From assembly GCA_002313895.1 (NCBI GenBank), contig DCAW01000005.1, forward strand, positions 17,358-69,678: a DNA stretch of 52,321 nucleotides, in the 5' to 3' direction. A program made the translations under genes and the position numbers. Below are positions 45,654 to 52,321 of this stretch, one piece after another. This DNA is from Dehalococcoidia bacterium UBA1123 (GTDB lineage Bacteria > Chloroflexota > Dehalococcoidia > Lucifugimonadales > UBA1123). The first letter of the stretch is position 1. The number at the start of each line of letters is the position of its first letter. The notes beneath the pieces were generated by a model. That model saw nothing but the letters and a program-made list of their open reading frames with translations, was not told where the DNA came from and did no database searches.

Positions 45654-46871
45654 GTGGTGGTTAGAGCGGCGGTGTCCCGATGGGGACTGGCAATCTTCCT
45701 TTTCGCGTTGGCATCATCAGGCGCCCTCAGATACGGGATGGAAAGCGTTTCGGCGCAGGTTCAAACGCTCACTGTCGAAGGCAAGATATCCAATGCGACC
45801 GCCGGTGGCTCCGAAGTGGCAGGTTTGCCTGTCACGCTTCATCGCATTAGCATCTTCGGCCCAGATGACCTCCTGACGACGTCTGGAGAAAATGGGGAAT
45901 TTCGATTCTACGACGTGGAATTCGATCCTGAGTTGAGCTACGGGGTTTCCGTCCGCTACCAGGAAGCGATCTACGGCACAGACATCGACCTTTCTGCAGG
46001 TTCGCTTAATTCTGTGATGATTACGGTGTTCGATTCGACGATCGATGACGGCGTGATTTCAGCGTCCTCGGCGTCGCTATTGTTTGCTTCGGTGGATCGG
46101 ACGAATCAAACCATTTCTGCACTGGAGATTCTCAGATTGAAAAACAGTTCAGACCGAGCCTACGTCCCAGGAAACGAGCCGATGCAACTGCTGAGATTTG
46201 GCCTTCCCGTAGGAGCAACGAATCTTCAACTTGACACCCGGCTCATCGGCGCAGATTTCGCCAAGGTCGACCTCGGCTTTGCTCTTTTCGCCAGTGTGCC
46301 GCCAGGTGAGCATGAGATCATGTTCTCCTATGATTTTCCGTTTCCAGGCGACGAGTTCACGCTGGAAAAATCCTACCGTTACGGCGCGGACATAATCCGC
46401 GTGTTGGCGCCTCTGGAAACCGTGGCCATACGAAGCGATCACCTAGGCCCAGTGGCCTCTGTCACCATCGGCGAACGACCCTACCAGATCATCGAGTCAG
46501 GCGGCATAGAGCGAGGCGGAAGGATCACCGTCCAATTGGGTGGCCTTCCCGCGGCGACGGCAGTCGACCGCGTTTCTCGGAATCTGGACAGCATACGATT
46601 CGAGTACGCAGCGCCGGCGGCGCTGGTGACGCTCATGATCGGATTGGTGGTGTACGGTGGATTTTGGAAGCGTCGCAGGTCTAACGGAGAAGCGTCGGCG
46701 GCATCCTCGGAGCAAGTTGCTGAGCGTGAGACCATCCATCAAATGATCGCTGAACTTCAAGAGACGTTTGAGAAGGGGAGCCTTCAAGAAGACGATTATC
46801 GCAGGCGTCTGGCAATTCTAAATTCACAACTCACATCACTCGGTCAGTATCCTAACTCAGGGGTTCTCTGA
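45654..46871 (+). CDS. Hypothetical exported protein with C-terminal membrane anchor
   Basis: N-terminal signal, Ig/carboxypeptidase-regulatory-like segment (TTSGENGEFRF), C-terminal TM plus KRRR and a short helical tail. Confidence 0.75.
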   Translation: MVVRAAVSRWGLAIFLFALASSGALRYGMESVSAQVQTLTVEGKISNATAGGSEVAGLPVTLHRISIFGPDDLLTTSGENGEFRFYDVEFDPELSYGVSVRYQEAIYGTDIDLSAGSLNSVMITVFDSTIDDGVISASSASLLFASVDRTNQTISALEILRLKNSSDRAYVPGNEPMQLLRFGLPVGATNLQLDTRLIGADFAKVDLGFALFASVPPGEHEIMFSYDFPFPGDEFTLEKSYRYGADIIRVLAPLETVAIRSDHLGPVASVTIGERPYQIIESGGIERGGRITVQLGGLPAATAVDRVSRNLDSIRFEYAAPAALVTLMIGLVVYGGFWKRRRSNGEASAASSEQVAERETIHQMIAELQETFEKGSLQEDDYRRRLAILNSQLTSLGQYPNSGVL

Positions 46872-46914
46872 GCAACGCCAAGCCATTTCATGATTTCGAC
46901 ATTTAGCGGGCTAC

Positions 46915-47991
46915 ATGAAGATCACCGGCGTCGAAGCCACGCCACTAAAAACACGCTCGGTCGTCGTCCAAATCTCGACCGACGAAGGCATCTCCGGCAT
47001 AGGTGAATGCACGCCTATGAATCTAGAAGTGCTGGCGCATTTCGTGAACACGGTGCTCCAACCGCTGCTGATCGGCGAAGACCCACTGGACGTCGACAAA
47101 CTCTGGAACGCGATGCTGCTTCGAACATACAAGCTCGGCCCTCACGGCGTCCAACCCGGCGCAATGGTGGGCGTTGGCATCGCATTGTGGGACATCCTGG
47201 GCAAGGTCACTGGCCTGCCGATTTACACTCTGTTGGGTGGTTCGTACAGAGACCGAATCAAGATGTACTGTTCAATTGGCGGCGGCGCTCCGATGACTCC
47301 TGACGAGATGGTCAGCAAAGTGGACGACGCGCTGAACGCGGGGTTCCGCGCAATCAAGATTCGGATGGACTGGGGGCCACACCGTCGCGACTCGGACCCG
47401 GCAAAGGACATGGCAATGTTCACCGCAGTCCGAAAATTTGTGGGTGACGACATCCCGTTGAGCTTCGACGCAAACAATGGCTACTCAGTGTCGACGGCCA
47501 TCAGGCAGGGGTGTCAGTTTGAAGCAATGAACATCTACCATTTCGAGGAGCCTGTCGCGCAGTACGATTACACCGGGATCAAGCAGGTCGCCGACGCGCT
47601 GGACGTTCCGGTATCAGCAGGCGAGCATGAGTACACGCGCTGGCAGTTCCGTGACCTGATCGCTCAGGCCAATCCTGACATCCTGCAACCCGACGTGGTC
47701 AAATGTGGCGGAATCACCGAGATGCGAAAAATAGCGGTCTTGTCAGACACTTTTTCCAAGGATTTCGTGCCGCATCAGACTCAGTCTACGATCGGAACGG
47801 CGGCAAGCCTCCACGTCGTCGCGTCGATTCAGACTGCTAACTAGCCGCAGGAATTCACCGGCGTTCGCCCTGAATTGAACACGATATTCAAAGAACCGTT
47901 GGAATTTAAAGACGGCCACATCACGATGGCGACCGGCCCAGGCTTGGGTCTGGAAATCGACACCGACCGAATGAAAGCGTTCGCGTCGTAG
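46915..47991 (+). pseudogene. Mandelate racemase/muconate lactonizing enzyme family, in-frame TAG at 47842-47844
   Basis: ALWDILGK, FDANN, FEEP, AGEHE; frame continues past the TAG as PQEFTG...GPGLGLEID to TAG 47989-47991. Confidence 0.8.
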
Positions 47992-48016
47992 TCTAGAACC
48001 AGAGCTTGAAAACAAT

Positions 48017-48050
48017 ACAGGGGGCGAATCTGACGACTCGCCTCCTGTTT
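48017..48050. terminator. Terminator between convergent genes
   Basis: ACAGGGGGCGA...TCGCCTCCTGT stem with one G-U pair and T-rich flanks on both strands. Confidence 0.6.
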
Positions 48051-48071
48051 AATGCTCGGTTATCTGACCAG

Positions 48072-50075
48072 TCAGTTCTGGTTCTGCGGCGCCATCGCCA
48101 ACATTCGAGATCGGGCAACGTCTAATTGCTTGCCAACGACCGCTCCATTGCTGGGCAGAAGGGCGTTGATGCGTTCAAACATCGTGGCGACGCCGTCAAT
48201 CGTGTGGTCGTTGATTTCGCTGATTAGCGTGTTGTGGTTTTGGAGTAGATAGGCAGCGGGTCTGTAGGGGTCGAAATTGCCTCCGGCAATGCCTTCTGTT
48301 TCAAAATGGGTCTGCAGCCGCGCAGTGATGCGAGGGTTAGCGTCAGTGATTGACCTGAGATTCAACGGATGAGGCAGTTCGTCCCGGTACGCCTCGTTCA
48401 CGAGTTTCAAGTAGAATCCCGGATCCATCAGGTCTTCAATATCGGCGTCGCGAACGCGGGTGATTTCGACCCACTTGATCGGGTTCCGCCGGCCGCTGGG
48501 CGCCGAATCGTTGATGTTCTCGATGTGCTGTTTGTGAGTCGGAGTGACCTCCATAAGCACCGCGACGCTCAGGTAGCTGTCACCCAACAACGAGACAAAG
48601 GACGGCAGATTTTCGGCATTGCCCACAGGAATCACGACCCAACGGGGGTCCAGTTTGAACCGCCCCTGGTTGGCGCAGATTTCGCCGAAAACCTGGAGAT
48701 AGATCAGGTCGGAAGCCGAGTTCACTAACAGACAGTGAGGGGCCAAGAATAGCGTCTGGGCCATCTGGTAACCAAGCGCCATCTCCAGTGGGAACACGGT
48801 TTCCCGATTATTCTTGAGGATGTTCTCTCCAACCACGGTGCCGAGGTCGTCCATGTCCTCGACGGTCCGAACCCGGTTTAGATGATCGAGATTTATCATG
48901 AATGGCGAGTGGGTTGTGTAGACGACCTGGTGCTTGGGGGCCAGCCGTTCGTCGATGAATCTTAAGAAGTCGTATTGGGCCAGCGCGTGAAGGTTCAGTC
49001 CAGGTTCATCCAAAAGCATGACCATGTCGCCCTTCTGCTCCTCCTCCAGTTGGGAGAAGTACACCAGGAACGAGAAGAACCACACGAACCCCTTTGAGCG
49101 CTCATCGAATGGCACCGAGACGCGATGTCGGTCGTTCCAGATGCGGACATGAAGGATCGTTCCCTTGTTCAACGGGGGCGGGTCAGTTGGGTTAGCCTGC
49201 GAGAGGTCGAACTCCACGCGAAGTTGCGTGTTCTGTTTCCAGAACTGAAAAATCTCGTCTGATATGCCGATGGACGCTGATTCGAGTTCAGCCTTCAGGT
49301 ATTCGTAGTTCGTCTGAGTCTCCAGATCGTCCAGATCGGCCCCAACCAGCGAGAGCAGAGCCAGGAAAGTTCGGTCAGCGTCGTCAATGTCGTCGCCGGC
49401 GAACTCTCGTTCTTTAATGTTCTCAATCGAGATTCGCCCATGCATCGCGCTGTAGTTGTCAAAATAGACGAACGTGGGCAGGAATTGCTCTAGCTTCTGG
49501 AGGATTATCTGCTGTCGAATGTCTGTTTGGAACCGCTCCGGCAGGTCGGTGAGCAGTTTCTGGACCGCAGGAGGTTTGACTTCGAGGGACTGAAGACTGT
49601 TTTGCAGGTCCTCCCATGTGTCGGCCTGACCCACAAATTGTTTAACCTCCAACGGTAGGTCAACGGAATCGATAACATGCTGTACGACAGCAGTCTCATC
49701 GATATCAAGTTCCCATGCCCGCTGGTTTTTGTAATTTTTGGATGCAGTCACCAAGTCCGAACGAAGCACGCCTTTGCCGAACTCGGATTCGATGTCTAAT
49801 ATTTCTTCTTCGGAGAGCGTGAATTCTGCTCTGACAACAGTGGCCGGTTCTTCCTCGTGACGGCGCTTGTAGCGAACGTATCCCTTGCGCGGGAAATCAC
49901 GAAGATCAAATGCCCCGTTGGCCCCGCTCACAGGGTTGATGCGCCTTAACGCCTGGAGGAACGCCGTCTTTCCAGACTCGTTCTTGCCTACCATGCAGGT
50001 CACGTTGTCCAACGACACCCAACCGGAGTCGTCGATGCTCCTATAATTCGTTACCCTCGCGCGAGTCAATCTCAT
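48072..50075 (-). CDS. OLD-like ABC/AAA ATPase with degenerate TOPRIM domain
   Basis: VTNYRSI, Walker A GKNESGKT, SKGFVWF signature, Walker B LLDEPGLNLH, TTHSPF; C-terminal TOPRIM-like region. Confidence 0.85.
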   Translation of the reverse strand: MRLTRARVTNYRSIDDSGWVSLDNVTCMVGKNESGKTAFLQALRRINPVSGANGAFDLRDFPRKGYVRYKRRHEEEPATVVRAEFTLSEEEILDIESEFGKGVLRSDLVTASKNYKNQRAWELDIDETAVVQHVIDSVDLPLEVKQFVGQADTWEDLQNSLQSLEVKPPAVQKLLTDLPERFQTDIRQQIILQKLEQFLPTFVYFDNYSAMHGRISIENIKEREFAGDDIDDADRTFLALLSLVGADLDDLETQTNYEYLKAELESASIGISDEIFQFWKQNTQLRVEFDLSQANPTDPPPLNKGTILHVRIWNDRHRVSVPFDERSKGFVWFFSFLVYFSQLEEEQKGDMVMLLDEPGLNLHALAQYDFLRFIDERLAPKHQVVYTTHSPFMINLDHLNRVRTVEDMDDLGTVVGENILKNNRETVFPLEMALGYQMAQTLFLAPHCLLVNSASDLIYLQVFGEICANQGRFKLDPRWVVIPVGNAENLPSFVSLLGDSYLSVAVLMEVTPTHKQHIENINDSAPSGRRNPIKWVEITRVRDADIEDLMDPGFYLKLVNEAYRDELPHPLNLRSITDANPRITARLQTHFETEGIAGGNFDPYRPAAYLLQNHNTLISEINDHTIDGVATMFERINALLPSNGAVVGKQLDVARSRMLAMAPQNQN

Positions 50076-50547
50076 GTTATTTCCTCTTCCCCGGAAAATT
50101 TGGAGCTATGGTAGTGTCTGCATTTTCCGCCAGTATCGGTCAGTATTTTCGGCTCAGGCATTTATGCATTTAGTGAATCGTGCGGATCATGTTTTCGTGC
50201 TGTGTCGTGGTCTCTATTCGCCACGAACTTAAGTCCCACACATTCAACTAGGAGGCTCATCCTTCAATAATTGTATCCGATGCCACTTAGCCTGTCACTG
50301 GCGCCAACACTGGTCTTAGAAATAGACTAGGTAAAAGGCTAACTAAGGTCTTAGACATCGCGCAAGGTGTTTTAGGTTCCCTGGATGTCTCCCATTCGCC
50401 AGATTGTGGAGCCACTGTCTCAAAGTTTGCCTTCAGGAACGCAACAGCCGGACGCTCACGATGTCGCGTCCGACTGTCGGTTATTCCTCGATTTGGCCCT
50501 GCGTTGGAGAATTTTCATCGAGCCGGGTCAGCGATGCATTTCGATGC

Positions 50548-51396
50548 CTAAACCTGGCTGTACCCGCTGCCTTCCCTGTCGATGCCCGTGCCTTTTGCGT
50601 CCTGGATCCAATCGAATTCTTTCAGAATTTCCTGACTGTAAGTCACTCTGCCGGTCACTTTGTCCAACGGTTCGCTGGCAAGAAGCAGCGCCGATTTCGC
50701 CATCAGATTAGGATTTTCGCCTCTTGGGTCGTCCATGCCTGTGACCAGATTGTGGAACACGGTTCCCGGAGTCGGCACGACCTGCGATGGCGACACGCAA
50801 GTCACCGAGATTCCGTATTGATAAACTTCCTGAGCGAGTCCTTGAGTGAACCGTTCCAGCGCCGCTTTTTCTGCACCGTAGCACGTTCCGCCGCCGCCAG
50901 CAGGGGCGTCGGGGTACGGGCCTCGACCTGGGCCGATGGCCGCGCCAGACGATATATTTACGATGCTCCCGCACTTGGCTTCGATCATTTCTCCCAAAAC
51001 CATTTGACTGAGCATAAACGGAGCATGAAAGTTCACGGCCCACGACCGCATCCAGCGTCGGACGGGATAGTCCTTGACCGGAATAAAGTACGTCAACGCG
51101 GCGTTGTTGACCAGAACGTCTACGTTCCCATATGCGGCATGGGCCTCCTCAATAAGGCGTTCGCAGTCCTCGGGCACGGAGATGTTCACAGCCGAAGCGG
51201 TGGCTTCTCCTCCATTTTCCTTAATTTCAGACACAGTCTTTTCAAGCGAACCTTCCAGCGGGTGGTCTCCTTCGCGGAGCGTTCGTGCTGCTGCCACAAC
51301 TTTGCCGCCTTCAGCCGCAAATTCCCTTGCGATCTCAGCGCCAATGCCCCGGCTGGCGCCGGTGATTACGCATACTTTCCCATCCAGTTTACCCAT
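50548..51396 (-). CDS. SDR family NAD(P)-dependent oxidoreductase
   Basis: TGASRGIG, LVNNA, NISSG, YGAEK; AGGAGG RBS before ATG 51396. Confidence 0.9.
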   Translation of the reverse strand: MGKLDGKVCVITGASRGIGAEIAREFAAEGGKVVAAARTLREGDHPLEGSLEKTVSEIKENGGEATASAVNISVPEDCERLIEEAHAAYGNVDVLVNNAALTYFIPVKDYPVRRWMRSWAVNFHAPFMLSQMVLGEMIEAKCGSIVNISSGAAIGPGRGPYPDAPAGGGGTCYGAEKAALERFTQGLAQEVYQYGISVTCVSPSQVVPTPGTVFHNLVTGMDDPRGENPNLMAKSALLLASEPLDKVTGRVTYSQEILKEFDWIQDAKGTGIDREGSGYSQV

Positions 51397-51562
51397 GATT
51401 TTTCCTCCTTGATTTTCGAGAATGAAAGCAGCCTCATTATATAACAGCAATAGTTCCAGACGGTATGCCGCGTTACATCGGCCCAGGCGCGGTATTGAAA
51501 CGTCTCCTGAGACGATTATTTTCCAGAACGGCTTCGAAGGCCATGCGAATGCCCTTTCCGTC

Positions 51563-51591
51563 TTGATGGGTGGTTCGACATGGTGTAGAGT
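51563..51591 (+). promoter_or_regulatory. Possible sigma70-type promoter
   Basis: TTGATG-17 nt-TAGAGT upstream of ATG 51622. Confidence 0.35.
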
Positions 51592-51621
51592 CCGCATCAG
51601 ATTGCACAGGAGGATTGCCAG

Positions 51622-52321
51622 ATGACAGAGAATCAAGTTCCGACCAAAGCCGAGGTCATGTCATATTTACGAGATGATCGAAACTGGGGCCGTTGGGGTG
51701 ACAAAGGTTCGGCGGGAGCGATCAACCTGATCACTCCCGAGAAACGAATCGCAGCCGCAAAGCTGGTGCAAAACGGGCGCACGGTGTCGCTGAGCCGTCC
51801 TCTGCCTGTGACTCCGACAGCGGAGAACCCCAGACCTGCCCAACACTATATGACAGTCATGGACAGGCCTCCTGGCGGAGCGGCGATGGATTTTTATGGC
51901 GTGTTCTATCACGGGACCGCGACCACCCACATCGACGCTCTTTGCCATGTGTGGGACGACGGCGGCATGTGGGATGGGAAAACGCCTGACGAAATCCTGG
52001 GCTTCAGCGGCGCGACCTATGGGACAGTGGACGAGTGGAGCGACGGAATACTGACCCGCGGCGTCCTGCTTGACGTTCCCAAGCACAGAGGCAAGCCATA
52101 CGTCACACTGGACGAGCCTGTCCACGGTTGGGAGCTAGAGGAGATCGCCGTTGCCGAGAGCGTGACACTGGAACCCGGAGACGCCGTGATGGTGTACAGC
52201 GGACGGGAAGCCTACGCGGCAGACAACGGCGGAACCTGGGGAGGCCGACCAACTCGACCCGGACTCCATGCCTCGTGCCTGAAGTTCGTTCGGGAAAACG
52301 ACGTGTCGATCCTCGGGTGGG
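51622..52321 (+). CDS. Cyclase family protein (kynurenine formamidase-like), runs off the window end
   Basis: AGGAGG RBS; MTENQVPTK...NWGRWG..GAINLI; HGTATTHIDALCH metal motif; RGVLLDVP; no stop before 52321 (absent from the ORF track). Confidence 0.88.
   Translation, partial: MTENQVPTKAEVMSYLRDDRNWGRWGDKGSAGAINLITPEKRIAAAKLVQNGRTVSLSRPLPVTPTAENPRPAQHYMTVMDRPPGGAAMDFYGVFYHGTATTHIDALCHVWDDGGMWDGKTPDEILGFSGATYGTVDEWSDGILTRGVLLDVPKHRGKPYVTLDEPVHGWELEEIAVAESVTLEPGDAVMVYSGREAYAADNGGTWGGRPTRPGLHASCLKFVRENDVSILGW

Noticed and set aside
30881-47844. Genome-wide TAG reassignment or pyrrolysine
   Set aside because: The TAGs appear to replace different residues (Trp, probably Tyr and Glu/Gln), two are in a gene that also has frameshifts, and many intact genes here end in TAG.
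48072-50075. Gabija, retron or PARIS defence system
   Set aside because: No UvrD helicase, reverse transcriptase or partner gene adjacent; neighbours are metabolic genes.
1-52321. CRISPR arrays, tRNA/rRNA genes, transposases, integrases, prophage genes
   Set aside because: None recognised by eye. Repeats seen are protein-level (Asp-box, PQQ-like, SNG, Pro/Thr) or single hairpins.

Overview
A 52 kb chromosomal window from a bacterium whose gene content suggests Chloroflexota, probably SAR202/Dehalococcoidia. This is inferred from the LLM, DinB, ASST, enolase-family, PhyH, acyl-CoA dehydrogenase and MmgE/PrpD genes; no marker gene is present. I found no rRNA, tRNA, CRISPR array or mobile element. 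Main contents: (1) an alternative complex III (ACIII)-type respiratory operon on the minus strand (1361-9507), in the non-canonical order small membrane ORF-actA-actB1-actB2-actF-actC-actD-actE, with split ActB and an altered N-terminal Fe-S motif. (2) A tandem-domain rhodanese/sulfurtransferase whose catalytic Cys codon is an in-frame TGA followed directly by a SECIS-like hairpin. This is a probable selenoprotein truncated by the ORF track, and it lies upstream of an aryl-sulfate sulfotransferase-like gene. (3) A DAHP synthase preceded by an unannotated 27-aa Tyr/Phe-rich leader peptide with mutually exclusive terminator and antiterminator, i.e. ribosome-mediated attenuation. (4) An OLD-like ABC ATPase whose TOPRIM catalytic residues appear lost. 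(5) Many catabolic enzymes for sulfate esters, phosphonates, amines and acyl-CoAs. (6) At least five disrupted genes, three of them surface proteins. All calls come from reading motifs by eye; no database search was run.
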